DNA of 64,000 nt from Sulfurospirillum sp. UBA2217 (GTDB lineage Bacteria; Campylobacterota; Campylobacteria; Campylobacterales; Sulfurospirillaceae): positions 97,180-161,179 of the forward strand of contig DCUJ01000009.1 of the NCBI GenBank assembly GCA_002328495.1, written 5' to 3'. Numbering within the stretch: position 1 is the first letter of the stretch; the number at the start of each line of letters is the position of its first letter. This document shows, one piece after another, positions 19,479 through 30,592 of the stretch. The notes beneath the pieces are model-generated. The model worked only from the letters and a program-made list of their open reading frames with translations, was not told the origin of the DNA and did no database searches. The position numbers were made by a program, and so were the translations under genes.

Positions 19479-20827
19479 TTGGGATTATAATGTTTTTTGT
19501 GGGCATGGTAATGTTGCTCATAGGTTTTCCCGTTGCTTTTACTTTTGGTGCCGTATCAGTCTTTTTTGGTCTTTTTTCTGGTGTTTTTGAATCGCTAATG
19601 GATGGGGGAACGCTGATTGATGGATTTCAAACGGGTGTCATGATGTTTGCCTTTATGCCTCATCGTATTTGGTCTATTATGAATAACACCATTTTGATGG
19701 CAGTTCCTATGTTTATTTTGATGGGAATTATTCTTCAAAAATCACGCTTGGCTGAACGACTTTTGGAAGCTATGGGCTTTTTATTTGGCGAAGTGCGTGG
19801 TGGTTTGGCGATTAGTACCGTTTTGGTTGGCGCATTGTTAGCGGCATCTACGGGTGTTGTAGGTGCAAGCGTTGTGGCGATGGGTGTTATCTCTTTGCCA
19901 GTCATGCTCAAATACAACTATTCTAAATCGCTTGCATGTGGTACCATCTGTGCGTCTGGAACACTTGGTCAGATTATTCCACCTTCGGTTGTATTGATTA
20001 TTTTAGGGGATGTTTTTCAACTCCCTGTGGGTGATTTGTTTGAAGGGGCCTTTTGGCCAGGCTTGAGTTTGGTTGCTGTGTACATCATTTATATTTTGAT
20101 TGTATCTTTTTTGAATAAAGATGTAGCTCCTGCCATCCCAAAAACTGAATTTACCGATACTAAGGCACGTCAAGTTATCAATGCCTTTAAAGCTATTTTA
20201 CCTCCTTTGGCACTGATTGTTCTTGTTTTGGGATCTATCTTTGAAGGTATTGCAACGCCCACAGAATCTTCAGCTGTTGGGTGTATTGGTGCGATGATTT
20301 TGGCATGGATGTACAAATCATTTTCGTTTAAGATGATTCATGAAGCCTCTTTAGAAACTGTTAAAACAACGGCCATGGTATTTGCTATTTTAATTGGTGC
20401 TACGGCATTTTCAATGGTCTTTAGCTACACCGGTGGTGATGAGATTGTTGAAGAAGTCATGCGTAGCCTTCCAGGTGAAAAATGGGGTTTTGTAATAGTG
20501 TCAATGCTCGCTATTATGGCATTGGGCTTTTTTATAGACTTTGTTGAGATTTCCTATATTATCGTTCCTATTTTAGCACCCATTGCAGAAGCCGTAGGTA
20601 TTAATCCTGTGTGGTATGCTTTGTTGATTGCACTTAATCTTCAAACCTCATTTTTAACACCTCCGTTTGGATTTAGCCTCTTTTACTTACGAGGTGTAGC
20701 TCCTACAAGTGTGAGGACTGTAGATATTTACAAAGGAGTCATTCCTTTCATTATTTTACAAGTATTGGTCATGGCAATTTTTACCTTATTCCCAGAGTGG
20801 TATGGCGTTTCAATGATGCTTAAATAG
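19475..20827 (+). CDS. dctM: TRAP transporter large permease
   Basis: GFPVAF, AVPMFILMG, GGLAIS, ASGTLGQIIPPS, ATPTES, LTPPFG. Confidence 0.95.
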   Translation: MIGIIMFFVGMVMLLIGFPVAFTFGAVSVFFGLFSGVFESLMDGGTLIDGFQTGVMMFAFMPHRIWSIMNNTILMAVPMFILMGIILQKSRLAERLLEAMGFLFGEVRGGLAISTVLVGALLAASTGVVGASVVAMGVISLPVMLKYNYSKSLACGTICASGTLGQIIPPSVVLIILGDVFQLPVGDLFEGAFWPGLSLVAVYIIYILIVSFLNKDVAPAIPKTEFTDTKARQVINAFKAILPPLALIVLVLGSIFEGIATPTESSAVGCIGAMILAWMYKSFSFKMIHEASLETVKTTAMVFAILIGATAFSMVFSYTGGDEIVEEVMRSLPGEKWGFVIVSMLAIMALGFFIDFVEISYIIVPILAPIAEAVGINPVWYALLIALNLQTSFLTPPFGFSLFYLRGVAPTSVRTVDIYKGVIPFIILQVLVMAIFTLFPEWYGVSMMLK

Positions 20828-20846
20828 TCAAAATTTTCTCTCTTTT

Positions 20847-20885
20847 GAGGTGTTACATGTAAAAAGGTAACACCTCTTCTTTTTA
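20847..20885 (+). terminator. Rho-independent terminator containing TTACATGTAA
   Basis: GAGGTGTTAC-atgtaaaaag-GTAACACCTC followed by TTCTTTTT. Confidence 0.85.
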
Positions 20886-20967
20886 AATGCTTTTTAACCT
20901 TGATTATCATACGATTTTTATACCGCATCGTTACACTAAAGCAAAATAAAATTCGTAAGGATACCCC

Positions 20968-23808
20968 ATGACACTCTCTGGCTCTTATCTTGAATTTCAC
21001 CATGAAATTGCAGCGTTTATCCCAAAAACGAGGATATTTACCGATCCTTTACATACGATAGCCTATGGTACGGATGCCTCTTTTTACAGACTCATCCCTA
21101 AAGTGGTTGTGTGGGTGAGCAGTGCTGATGAGGTGAGTAAGATTCTTAAAATTAGCTCTAAATTTTCACTTCCAGTGGTCTTTCGTGCAGCAGGTACGAG
21201 TCTTTCTGGGCAAGCCATTACGGATTCCATTTTATTGGTAACTTCACGTGATTGGAGAGGGATTAAAGTCAATAAAGATGTAAGCCTTGTCACCCTTGAA
21301 CCCTCCGTTGTAGGAGCCGATGCGAATGTTTATTTATTGCCTTATGGTAAAAAAATTGGTCCTGATCCTGCGAGTATTGGTGCGGCGATGATTGGTGGAA
21401 TTGCTGCTAATAATGCGAGTGGTATGTGTTGTGGAACGGTAGATAACTCGTATAAAACCTTACAATACATGAAAATTGTATTTCACGATGGCACAGAGCT
21501 TGATACAGGTTCAGAACAAAGTATTGCTGCATTTAAACAAAGTCATAAAGAACTTGTGGATGCCGTTGATACCTTGGCTAAACGCACCAAAGCGAACCAA
21601 TCACTTCACGATAAAATTGCCCGTAAATTTAAAATTAAAAATACTTGTGGTTATAGCCTCAATGCCGTGATTGATTTTGAAGATCCTATTGATGTCATTG
21701 CTCACTTAATGATAGGCAGTGAGGGAACCTTGGGATTTATTAAAGAAATTACTTTTAGAACGGTTCCTGAGTACAAAGATAAAGCCAGTGCTTTGATGAT
21801 CTTCAAAAATGTGAAAGATGCGTGTGATGCGGTTATCGTAATGCGTACACAATGCAAAACCCGTATGGCAGATGCTGAGGTTGATGCCGCAGAGATGATG
21901 GATCGAGCTGCACTAAGAAGCGTGGAAGACAAAGAGGGTATGCCTGCCTTTTTGAAAACACTAAGCCCCACGGCAACCGCTGTTTTAGTTGAAACCAGAG
22001 CGCCAAATGATGAAGCTTTAAATGCCAATATTGCGGTGATTTTAGAAAAACTTAAACACATTGAACCTGAGATGCCTCTACATTTTACCAAAGATGTATA
22101 CGAATACACCAAATATTGGAAAATCCGTAAAGGTCTTTTTACCGCGGTGGGTGCAGCGCGTGAGAGTGGTACGACGTGTATCATCGAAGACGTGGCGTAT
22201 CCGATTGAATCTTTGGCAGATGCAACCTTAGAGCTTCAAGAATTGTTTGTAAAATACGGTTATACTGAAGCCATTATTTTTGGACATGCGTTGGACAGCA
22301 ACCTTCACTTTGTGTTTAACCAAACCTTTGATGACCCAAAAGAGATTGCGCGTTACGAATCTTTTATGCAAGAAGTGGCAGACCAAGTAGCGACCAAGTA
22401 CCATGGAAGCCTCAAGGCAGAACACGGTACAGGACGTAATATGGCGCCGTTTGTTGAGCTTGAATGGGGCAGTGATGCGTATGAACTCATGAAAGAGATC
22501 AAAGATATTTTTGACCCTAAAGGACTCATCAATCCAGGTGTCATCATCAATGCAGACCCCAAAATTCACCTTAAAAACTTCAAATCCATGCCTATCACCG
22601 ATGAATTGATCGATAAATGTATTGAATGCGGTTTTTGTGAGCCAACGTGTCCTTCTAACTTTTTAACGCTTACGCCGCGTCAGCGCATCGTTGCTAATCG
22701 TCACATGGTGACCCTTAAAAATCAAAATGATACCGCAGGTTTGGAAGCGTTTGTGGAGCAGTACCAATACGATGGTATTGAAACATGTGCAACGTGTTCA
22801 CTGTGTTCACTCACTTGTCCGGTTGGAATTGACACGGGTTCTTTAACTAAAAAATTACGTGCACATCAAATCGGCTCGTTTGGGCACAGTGTGGCAGGTT
22901 TTATGGCCAACAATTACGGTGGCATTTTAAAAACAGGAAGTGTCGCACTCTCATTGGTTAAAGGGGTGAATGCCATCATTCCTGATAGTATGATGCGAGG
23001 TATGAGTGAGGGCTTACGAAGTCTCACTAAAAATGCCATGCCTTTATGGTCGACCAGTTTACCAGCAGGATACAGTTTCAATCCAAGTGTCAAGCGCACA
23101 GGCTCAGCGGATAAAGTCGTCTATTTTTCTTCATGTATCAACCGTACTATGGCGAATCCAAAAGAAAAAAATGGTGAAAAACCACTTGATTTGGTCATTA
23201 TCGGTATTTTGGAAAAAGCAGGATACGATGTCATCATCCCTAACAACGTGGGTGCACTGTGTTGTGGGATGCCTTTTTCAAGCAAAGGGTATAAAGAAGA
23301 GGGTAAACGAAAATCGGACGAACTTGAAAAAGCCTTAAGAGAAGCTAGCGAAAACGGCAAATACCCCATTTTATGTGATATGAGTCCTTGTAGCAAAACG
23401 ATGTCCGCCAACTTCTCTCCTGATGTTAAAATCAACGATACGGTTGAATTTATTTTAGACTATTTGGTCGAACGAGTGGAAATCAAACCTATTGATGAAC
23501 CCATTGTGATTCACACAACGTGCAGTACACGAAAAACTGGCCTAGCGGATAAATTTGAAAAAATTGCGCGTATGTGTAGCACCAAAGTAACGGTTCCCAC
23601 CGATGTAGGCTGTTGTGGTTTTGCGGGGGATCGTGGATTTACATTCCCTGAACTCAACAAATCAGCCCTGCGCCATCTTAAAGCATCTATTCCTAGTGAT
23701 ACCAAACTAGCTTTTTCTACGAGTAAGACCTGTGAAATAGGTTTAAGTGAAGAGAGTGGGCTGGATTATCGTTCTATTTTCTATCTTGTGGAACGTTGTA
23801 TTAACTAA
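20968..23808 (+). CDS. FAD-linked, Fe-S-containing D-lactate dehydrogenase (Dld-II type)
   Basis: YGTDASFYRLIP, FRAAGTSLSGQA, GPDPAS...IGGIAANNASGMCCG, KAEHGTGRNMA, CIECGFCEPTCP, CATCSLCSLTCP and C-terminal CCG domains. Confidence 0.88.
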   Translation: MTLSGSYLEFHHEIAAFIPKTRIFTDPLHTIAYGTDASFYRLIPKVVVWVSSADEVSKILKISSKFSLPVVFRAAGTSLSGQAITDSILLVTSRDWRGIKVNKDVSLVTLEPSVVGADANVYLLPYGKKIGPDPASIGAAMIGGIAANNASGMCCGTVDNSYKTLQYMKIVFHDGTELDTGSEQSIAAFKQSHKELVDAVDTLAKRTKANQSLHDKIARKFKIKNTCGYSLNAVIDFEDPIDVIAHLMIGSEGTLGFIKEITFRTVPEYKDKASALMIFKNVKDACDAVIVMRTQCKTRMADAEVDAAEMMDRAALRSVEDKEGMPAFLKTLSPTATAVLVETRAPNDEALNANIAVILEKLKHIEPEMPLHFTKDVYEYTKYWKIRKGLFTAVGAARESGTTCIIEDVAYPIESLADATLELQELFVKYGYTEAIIFGHALDSNLHFVFNQTFDDPKEIARYESFMQEVADQVATKYHGSLKAEHGTGRNMAPFVELEWGSDAYELMKEIKDIFDPKGLINPGVIINADPKIHLKNFKSMPITDELIDKCIECGFCEPTCPSNFLTLTPRQRIVANRHMVTLKNQNDTAGLEAFVEQYQYDGIETCATCSLCSLTCPVGIDTGSLTKKLRAHQIGSFGHSVAGFMANNYGGILKTGSVALSLVKGVNAIIPDSMMRGMSEGLRSLTKNAMPLWSTSLPAGYSFNPSVKRTGSADKVVYFSSCINRTMANPKEKNGEKPLDLVIIGILEKAGYDVIIPNNVGALCCGMPFSSKGYKEEGKRKSDELEKALREASENGKYPILCDMSPCSKTMSANFSPDVKINDTVEFILDYLVERVEIKPIDEPIVIHTTCSTRKTGLADKFEKIARMCSTKVTVPTDVGCCGFAGDRGFTFPELNKSALRHLKASIPSDTKLAFSTSKTCEIGLSEESGLDYRSIFYLVERCIN

Positions 23809-23824
23809 TTTTCTTAACATCCTT

Positions 23825-23856
23825 TAAAGGCAAATTCAGCGTTTTGGATTTGCCTT
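23825..23856 (+). terminator. Terminator after the lactate dehydrogenase gene
   Basis: AAAGGCAAAT...ATTTGCCTTT followed by pyrimidines. Confidence 0.7.
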
Positions 23857-23969
23857 TCTTCTGCTCGTTTATAACTTTTTCCTAAGGTTTTCTTTAATAA
23901 TAAAAATGCTAAAATACTAAACTTTTCACTACAGCTTTTAGTTAAAATTAAACAAAAAGGGTTGGTTGC

Positions 23970-24218
23970 ATGGAGATTAATCTCATTGCGGAGTCCGTGA
24001 AATTCCTTATCTTAGGGATGTCCACAGTTTTTATGTTTTTGGTGCTCATGGTTTTTGTTTTGGAACTCCAATCCAAGATAATTATGAAGTTTTTCCCTCC
24101 TAAAAAAGAGGAAGACTCTACCGCTTGTAATTCTACTTCAGAATTATCTCGAAACGGTAACTTAGCAGTTGTTGCAGCCATTGCTGCATCTCTTAAATCG
24201 TATAAACAATCAAAATAG
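23970..24218 (+). CDS. oadG: Na+-translocating decarboxylase gamma subunit
   Basis: N-terminal TM with GMSTVFMFLVL and C-terminal VVAAIAASL. TGcTAAAAT promoter at 23907-23915. Confidence 0.9.
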   Translation: MEINLIAESVKFLILGMSTVFMFLVLMVFVLELQSKIIMKFFPPKKEEDSTACNSTSELSRNGNLAVVAAIAASLKSYKQSK

Positions 24219-24236
24219 GATAAAGGGTAACGTAAG

Positions 24237-26054
24237 ATGGGTAAAAAATACATCGATGTGATGGATACAACGTTTAGAGATGGGTTTCAGTCGGTCTTTG
24301 GTGGGCGCGTACTGATGGATGATTTTTTACCAGCAGTGGCAGCAGCAAGAGATGCTGGTATTAGCCATTTTGAATTTGGAGGCGGAGCTCGTTTTCAAAG
24401 CCTCTATTTCTACCTCAATGAAGATGCCTTTGAGATGATGGACAAGTTTCGTGCGATTGCAGGCCCTGATGCGAATCTTCAAACCCTAGCACGTGGTGTT
24501 AATACCGTAATGCTTGATACAGGCAATCGTGAGCTCATCGACCTTCATGCTAAAATGTTTAAAAAGCATGGTACAACAACCATTCGTAACTTTGATGCGC
24601 TGAATGATGTGGAAAACCTCAAGTACAGTGGAGAATGTATCGTTAATCATGGTTTGAAACATGAAATTGTGGTCACCATGATGGATTTACCTCCTGGATG
24701 CAAGGGTGCGCATGATGTGGCATTTTATGAAAAAACCCTTCGTGAAATTTTAGATTCAGGGATTCCTTATCACAGTGTTTGCTTTAAAGATGCCAGTGGA
24801 ACTTCTAGCCCTCAAAAAGTATACGAAACGCTCCAAATGGCACGTAAGCTTTTACCTGATGGAACCCATTTGCGTCTTCACACCCATGAAACAGCAGGTG
24901 TATCGGTCGCATGTTATCTAGCAGCGCTTGAAGCGGGCGTGGATGGCATCGATATGGCAGCAAGCCCTGTGAGTGGTGGAACAAGCCAGCCAGACATCTT
25001 AACCATGCTTCACGCAGTTAAAGGTAAAGCCTATGATTTAGGTGGATTAGAACTTGAAAAAATCCTCAAATACGAAGAAGTCTTGCAAGAGTGTTTAAAA
25101 GATTATTTTATGCCTCCCGAAGCAACCCAAGTTTCTCCACTTATTCCTTTTTCTCCAATGCCAGGTGGTGCGCTCACGGCAAACACCCAAATGCTACGCG
25201 ATAACAACATCCTTCATAAGTTCCCAGAAGTCATCAAAGCGATGCGTGAAGTGGTTGAAAAGGGTGGATATGGCACCAGTGTAACCCCTGTTTCTCAATT
25301 TTATTTCCAGCAAGCTTTTAACAACGTGATGTTTGGACCATGGAATAAAATCGCCGAAGGCTATGGCAAGATGGTGTTAGGCTATTTTGGAAGAACTCCT
25401 GTTACTCCAGATAAAGAGATTGTAGATCTTGCCAGTAAGCAACTCAAGCTTGAACCTACCACTAAAAATGCTATGGATTTAGCCGATGCAGATGAAACAA
25501 AGTCTTTATTACATGTAAAAGAGATTTTACAAAAAGAACGTATTGAAATTACCGATGAGAGCCTTTTTATTGCCGCTTCATGTAAAGAAAAAGGCATCGC
25601 ATTTCTAAAAGGTGAAGCTAAGGCAAATGTACGTAAAAATGCCCCTGAAAAAGCAGAAACTGCTTCTGATGTTTCTACCTTTACTGTTAGTGTCAATGGT
25701 CAAAAGTATCATGTTACATCTGAAAATGGTGCAAAAACAATGCTCATTAACGGTGAAGTGTATGAGATAGATATTAAAGAAGGTTTGGAAGAAGGTGTTC
25801 TCAGCGCTCCAAGTACTGCGGTATCAGGTCCATCAGCAGCGACGGGGTTTGAAGTAAAAGCGGGACTTCCAGGGTCCATCTTTAAAGTCTTGGTGAATGT
25901 GGGAGATAGTGTTTCAGCGGGACAAGCATTAGTTATTATTGAAGCTATGAAAATGGAAATAGAAGTTACAGCACCACAAGCAGGTGTCGTGAGTGCGGTT
26001 AAAGTGAAGCAAGGCGATACCATCGTCAATAACCAACTGCTCGTTATTTTATAA
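24237..26054 (+). CDS. oadA: Oxaloacetate decarboxylase alpha / carboxyltransferase-biotin carrier subunit (PycB/OadA)
   Basis: DTTFRDGFQS, FKDASG, HTHET, PMPGGALT, TSVTPVSQ and a biotinyl domain with EAMKM. Confidence 0.9.
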   Translation: MGKKYIDVMDTTFRDGFQSVFGGRVLMDDFLPAVAAARDAGISHFEFGGGARFQSLYFYLNEDAFEMMDKFRAIAGPDANLQTLARGVNTVMLDTGNRELIDLHAKMFKKHGTTTIRNFDALNDVENLKYSGECIVNHGLKHEIVVTMMDLPPGCKGAHDVAFYEKTLREILDSGIPYHSVCFKDASGTSSPQKVYETLQMARKLLPDGTHLRLHTHETAGVSVACYLAALEAGVDGIDMAASPVSGGTSQPDILTMLHAVKGKAYDLGGLELEKILKYEEVLQECLKDYFMPPEATQVSPLIPFSPMPGGALTANTQMLRDNNILHKFPEVIKAMREVVEKGGYGTSVTPVSQFYFQQAFNNVMFGPWNKIAEGYGKMVLGYFGRTPVTPDKEIVDLASKQLKLEPTTKNAMDLADADETKSLLHVKEILQKERIEITDESLFIAASCKEKGIAFLKGEAKANVRKNAPEKAETASDVSTFTVSVNGQKYHVTSENGAKTMLINGEVYEIDIKEGLEEGVLSAPSTAVSGPSAATGFEVKAGLPGSIFKVLVNVGDSVSAGQALVIIEAMKMEIEVTAPQAGVVSAVKVKQGDTIVNNQLLVIL

Positions 26055-26066
26055 AAGAGTTATGAT

Positions 26067-27368
26067 ATGAAAAAGATGATTCTTCAGCTTCTCCTTGTGT
26101 TGAGCCTTGGCACCTATTTGTGTGCGAGTGATGGCATAAAAGAGAACAAAAACCAAGAGTATAAGTCGAAAAGTGTTTCTGAATTGTTTGGCTCTTTATA
26201 TGAGTCTACAGGGTTAAATGCTTTTCTCAGTCCAAAAGAGGGGGAAGTATCTCACGGCGTTGTTGTCTCAACCTTTAATCAAAGCGGTGGACGTTTGATT
26301 ATGATGGCAATTTGCTTTGCACTCTTTTATTTAGCGATTGCTAAAGGGTTTGAGCCATTGTTATTGATTCCGATAGCTTTTGGTGGATTTTTAGCCAATA
26401 TTCCTATAGCAGATATTGCAGGACCTGAAGGCTTTTTGGGCATACTCTTTAATATGGGCGTGAGTACTGGGCTTTTCCCTTTGCTTATTTTTATGGGTGT
26501 GGGTGCCATGACAGACTTTGGACCTCTTTTAGCCAATCCAAAAACAGCACTTTTAGGAGGGGCTGCTCAATTTGGGATTTTTGGAACCATTGTGGGTGCT
26601 GCTTTTTTATCACAGTACACAGGTTTTATAGATTTTTCACTCAAAGAAGCGGCAGCAATTGGTATTATCGGTGGAGCCGATGGCCCGACGTCTATCTTTG
26701 TGGCTAGCCGTTTAGCACCCGATTTGCTAGGAGCCATTGCCGTGGCTGCGTATTCGTACATGGCATTGGTTCCTATTATCCAGCCACCCATTATGAGAGC
26801 ACTTACCACCAAAGAAGAGCGACAGATTAAGATGGAACAGTTACGTGAAGTCTCAAAGCTTGAAAAAATTCTTTTTCCAATTACCGTTATGGTTTTATGT
26901 GTATTACTCCTTCCTGATGCAACACCGCTTGTTGGTGCATTGGCTTTTGGAAATTTTGTGAAAGAATCGGGTGTAGCTAAGCGTCTTTCGGAGACGATGG
27001 AAAACTCACTCATTAACATCGTCACCATCTTTTTAGGTCTGTCTGTAGGTTCAAAGCTTGCTTCTGAGAAGTTTTTGGTTCCTGAGACCTTGGGCATTAT
27101 TGTTTTAGGTCTGGTAGCTTTTGCGATGGGAACCGCTGGTGGAGTCATTATGGCAAAGATTATGAACAAATTTAGTAAGCATAAAGTTAACCCTTTAATT
27201 GGCTCAGCAGGAGTGAGTGCGGTGCCTATGGCGGCGCGTGTGTCCAATAAAGAAGGGATGAAGGAAAATCCAAGCAATATGCTCTTAATGCATGCTATGG
27301 GTCCCAATGTCGCGGGTGTTATCGGCTCAGCAGTTGCAGCAGGAATTTTGCTGTCCATTTTTAAATAG
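26067..27368 (+). CDS. oadB: Na+-translocating decarboxylase beta subunit
   Basis: [71 protein letters not shown]. Confidence 0.96.
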   Translation: MKKMILQLLLVLSLGTYLCASDGIKENKNQEYKSKSVSELFGSLYESTGLNAFLSPKEGEVSHGVVVSTFNQSGGRLIMMAICFALFYLAIAKGFEPLLLIPIAFGGFLANIPIADIAGPEGFLGILFNMGVSTGLFPLLIFMGVGAMTDFGPLLANPKTALLGGAAQFGIFGTIVGAAFLSQYTGFIDFSLKEAAAIGIIGGADGPTSIFVASRLAPDLLGAIAVAAYSYMALVPIIQPPIMRALTTKEERQIKMEQLREVSKLEKILFPITVMVLCVLLLPDATPLVGALAFGNFVKESGVAKRLSETMENSLINIVTIFLGLSVGSKLASEKFLVPETLGIIVLGLVAFAMGTAGGVIMAKIMNKFSKHKVNPLIGSAGVSAVPMAARVSNKEGMKENPSNMLLMHAMGPNVAGVIGSAVAAGILLSIFK

Positions 27369-27389
27369 TAAGACAAAGGTAAAAATATC

Positions 27390-28967
27390 ATGTCGAAGAT
27401 CAATGAAATCGAAAAGTTAGGACTTACCAACATCGCTCAGGTATACTATAATCTTAGCTATGATGCTTTATATGAGCATGAGGTTAAAAACAAAGAGGGG
27501 CGAACAACCAGCAATGGTACCTTTAGTGTCGATACCGGTATTTTTACAGGAAGAAGTCCTAAAGATAAATACTTTGTAGACCAAGAACCCTCCAATCAAC
27601 ATATTGCTTGGGGACGCATTAACCATAAAGTGGATAAAAAGATTTTTGATGAGTTGTTTGAAAAGGTTAAAAAACAACTCTCGGGTAAAGATATTTACAT
27701 CCAAGATGCTTACAGTGGTGGCAGTTTAGCGAGTCGAAAAAGCATTCGTGTCGTCACTGAAATTGCATGGCAAGCACACTTTGTCAAAAATATGTTTATT
27801 CGACCCAGCGTTGAAGAGTTGGCAACGTTTAAACCTGATTTCACACTTTATAATGCCTGCAAAATTGTCAATGATGATTACAAACGTAATGAGTTGCATT
27901 CTGATGTTTTTGTAGTCTTTAATGTTGAAGAAAACATAGCGATTATTGGTGGAACATGGTACGGTGGGGAGATTAAAAAAGGTATCTTCTCGATGATGAA
28001 TTACTGGCTTCCATTGGAAGGAAAACTCTCCATGCACTGTTCAGCCAATGTAGGGGAAAAAGGCGATACTGCGCTTTTCTTTGGACTCTCAGGAACGGGT
28101 AAAACCACGCTTTCCACCGATCCGAAACGCAAACTCATTGGCGATGACGAGCATGGGTGGGATGATGAGGGTGTGTTTAATTTTGAAGGGGGATGTTATG
28201 CAAAGTGCATTAACCTAGATTCTAGCAGTGAGCCCGAAATTTTTGGAGCCATCCGTCGTGACGCACTTTTAGAAAATGTGGTGATGGATGAGAACGGTGT
28301 GGTGGATTATAGCGATGGTTCTAAAACGGAAAACACCCGTGTTTCTTACCCTATCTATCATATTGAAAATCATGAAGCAAGCCTTCAAGCAGGGCATCCT
28401 AAAAAAATTATTTTTTTAACGGCGGATGCTTTTGGCATCTTACCCCCAGTGTCAAAACTCTCTAAAGAACAAGCTATGTACTTCTTTTTAAGTGGTTATA
28501 CGGCAAAAGTTGCAGGAACTGAGCGAGGCATTACAGAACCAGTTGCCACGTTTAGTTCGTGTTTTGGTGAGGCATTTTTGCCTTTGCACCCGACCGTTTA
28601 TGCAAAACTTTTAGGTGAAAAAATCGATAAACATGGGGTAGATGTTTACTTGGTCAACACAGGTTGGAGTGGTGGAAGCTATGGCATTGGAAAGCGTATG
28701 AGCATCAAAGCAACACGTGCGTGCATCAATGCTATCTTAGATGGTAGCATTGAAGAGAGTGAATTTGAAGCCATTCCAGTTTTTGGAATTCAGATTCCGA
28801 AAGCTCTTGCTGGTGTGCCAACAGAGATTTTAAATCCGCGTGAAACATGGGAGAATAAAAGCCGTTATGATGCCACCAGAGATGAGTTAGCACAGATGTT
28901 TATTGATAACTTCAAAAAATACATTACCCCAGAGTCTGATTTTTCAAACGCTGGCCCTAAATTATAA
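27390..28967 (+). CDS. pckA: Phosphoenolpyruvate carboxykinase (ATP)
   Basis: [60 protein letters not shown]. Confidence 0.99.
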   Translation: MSKINEIEKLGLTNIAQVYYNLSYDALYEHEVKNKEGRTTSNGTFSVDTGIFTGRSPKDKYFVDQEPSNQHIAWGRINHKVDKKIFDELFEKVKKQLSGKDIYIQDAYSGGSLASRKSIRVVTEIAWQAHFVKNMFIRPSVEELATFKPDFTLYNACKIVNDDYKRNELHSDVFVVFNVEENIAIIGGTWYGGEIKKGIFSMMNYWLPLEGKLSMHCSANVGEKGDTALFFGLSGTGKTTLSTDPKRKLIGDDEHGWDDEGVFNFEGGCYAKCINLDSSSEPEIFGAIRRDALLENVVMDENGVVDYSDGSKTENTRVSYPIYHIENHEASLQAGHPKKIIFLTADAFGILPPVSKLSKEQAMYFFLSGYTAKVAGTERGITEPVATFSSCFGEAFLPLHPTVYAKLLGEKIDKHGVDVYLVNTGWSGGSYGIGKRMSIKATRACINAILDGSIEESEFEAIPVFGIQIPKALAGVPTEILNPRETWENKSRYDATRDELAQMFIDNFKKYITPESDFSNAGPKL

Positions 28968-28970
28968 TGC

Positions 28971-29012
28971 TTACATGTAAAGAGATTTGAGAAAATCTCT
29001 TTACATCTTTTT
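28971..29012 (+). terminator. Terminator built from TTACATGTAA after pckA
   Basis: ATGTAAAGAGATTT-gaga-AAATCTCTTTACAT (14-bp stem) followed by CTTTTT. Confidence 0.85.
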
Positions 29013-29035
29013 GACCTATTCCAAGGAGATTTTGT

Positions 29036-30421
29036 ATGTCGAAACTATGGTCTGGCAGATTTGCCAAAAGTGGTGCCAAACTGTTAGATGAATTTAACGC
29101 GTCATTGCCCTTTGACCAAAAATTGTATGAAGAAGATATTAAAGGCTCTATTGCTCATTCTGCGATGTTGGCGAAGCAGGGTATCTTAACGCAAGACGAA
29201 GCGGATGCCATTGCTAAAGGTTTGTTAGACATCAAAGGTGAAATCGAAGCGGGAAGCTTTGTTTTTGATATCGCGCATGAAGATATCCACATGGCAGTCG
29301 AAACCCGCTTAATTGAACTTATTGGCGATGCGGGTAAACGCTTGCATACGGCGCGTTCACGCAATGACCAAGTGGCGGTTGATTTTAGACAGTATGTCCA
29401 AAAACATAATCGCATTTTGGTCGATTGTTTAGAGTCTTTGATGGACGTGTTGCTCAAGATTTCAAAAGAGCATACGACTACCTTGCTTCCAGGAATGACA
29501 CACCTTCAACACGCACAACCCATCAATTTTGCTTTCCATCTTTTAGCCTATGTTGCGATGTTTAAGCGCGATATTGAGCGTTTTGAAAGCTCGTATACAA
29601 GACATAACGTTTTGCCTTTAGGCTGTGCTGCATTGGCAGGAACACCGCATAATATTGACAGGGAAATGGTGGCTCATGCCCTTGGTTTTGATAGTGTCAG
29701 TGTGAATTGTCTTGATACAGTGAGTGATAGAGATTTTGCACTAGAGATTTTGTTTAACATTTCAACCCTTATGATGCACATCTCTCGTTTTGCCGAAGAG
29801 TTAATTTTGTGGTCAAGCTATGAATTCAAATTTGTCACGCTTAGCGATGAGTATTCTACGGGAAGTTCTATCATGCCTCAGAAAAAAAACCCTGATGTGC
29901 CTGAACTTTTGCGCGGGAAAACAGGACGCGTCAATGGCAATCTCATAGGCTTACTCACCGTGCTCAAAGGCTTGCCTTTAGCCTACAACAAAGACATGCA
30001 AGAAGATAAAGAAGGTGTGTTTGACAGCGTGGAAACAGCCTTTATGTCTATCAATATCTTAAAAGAAGCCGTAAGAACCATGAGCATCAATGGTGAGAAA
30101 ATGCGCCAAGCTTGCGAAGTAGGGCATTTAAGTGCGACCGATTTGGCGGATTATTTGGTGCAAAAATGCAATATCCCGTTTCGTGAAGCCCATTTTATCA
30201 CAGGACGCGCCGTGGCGCACGCGGAGCATTTGAACGTCGATTTGAGTCATTTAAGCGTAGAAGAGCTTCAAAAAGTGGATGCGCGTATTGGCGAAGATGT
30301 GCTTCCTTATCTCTCTTTGGAAAATTCAATGAATGCACGAACGTCACAAGGTGGTACCGCAACGGCGTCTACATGTAAACAAATTGAACTCTTTGAAGCG
30401 TGGATGCACGCTCGAAAATAA
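29036..30421 (+). CDS. argH: Argininosuccinate lyase
   Basis: [55 protein letters not shown]. Confidence 0.99.
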   Translation: MSKLWSGRFAKSGAKLLDEFNASLPFDQKLYEEDIKGSIAHSAMLAKQGILTQDEADAIAKGLLDIKGEIEAGSFVFDIAHEDIHMAVETRLIELIGDAGKRLHTARSRNDQVAVDFRQYVQKHNRILVDCLESLMDVLLKISKEHTTTLLPGMTHLQHAQPINFAFHLLAYVAMFKRDIERFESSYTRHNVLPLGCAALAGTPHNIDREMVAHALGFDSVSVNCLDTVSDRDFALEILFNISTLMMHISRFAEELILWSSYEFKFVTLSDEYSTGSSIMPQKKNPDVPELLRGKTGRVNGNLIGLLTVLKGLPLAYNKDMQEDKEGVFDSVETAFMSINILKEAVRTMSINGEKMRQACEVGHLSATDLADYLVQKCNIPFREAHFITGRAVAHAEHLNVDLSHLSVEELQKVDARIGEDVLPYLSLENSMNARTSQGGTATASTCKQIELFEAWMHARK

Positions 30422-30425
30422 AGTG

Positions 30426-30542
30426 TTACATGTAAGGAGAAAATTCTCCTTACATCTTAGATTTTGCAAAACTCTAGACACGTCTTTAAGGCAAAGCCTT
30501 AAAGACTACGTTAACACTGGGTTCTCTCACGCAGAGTGCCCA
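30426..30542. terminator. Hairpin cluster between convergent argH and hit
   Basis: ATGTAAGGAGA/TCTCCTTACAT (30430-30455), GTCTTTAAGGC/GCCTTAAAGAC (30482-30506) and an imperfect TGGG..CTCT/AGAG..CCCA (30518-30542). Confidence 0.75.
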
Positions 30543-30592
30543 CGCACCCTTGGTGCTTTCCTATCTTGTAAAATGAGTTTTCAATATGTCTA

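Noticed and set aside
26567-27433. 288-aa antisense ORF opposite oadB, and other long antisense ORFs in the track
   Set aside because: These mirror well-conserved genes and have no RBS or recognisable motifs, as expected for shadow ORFs.
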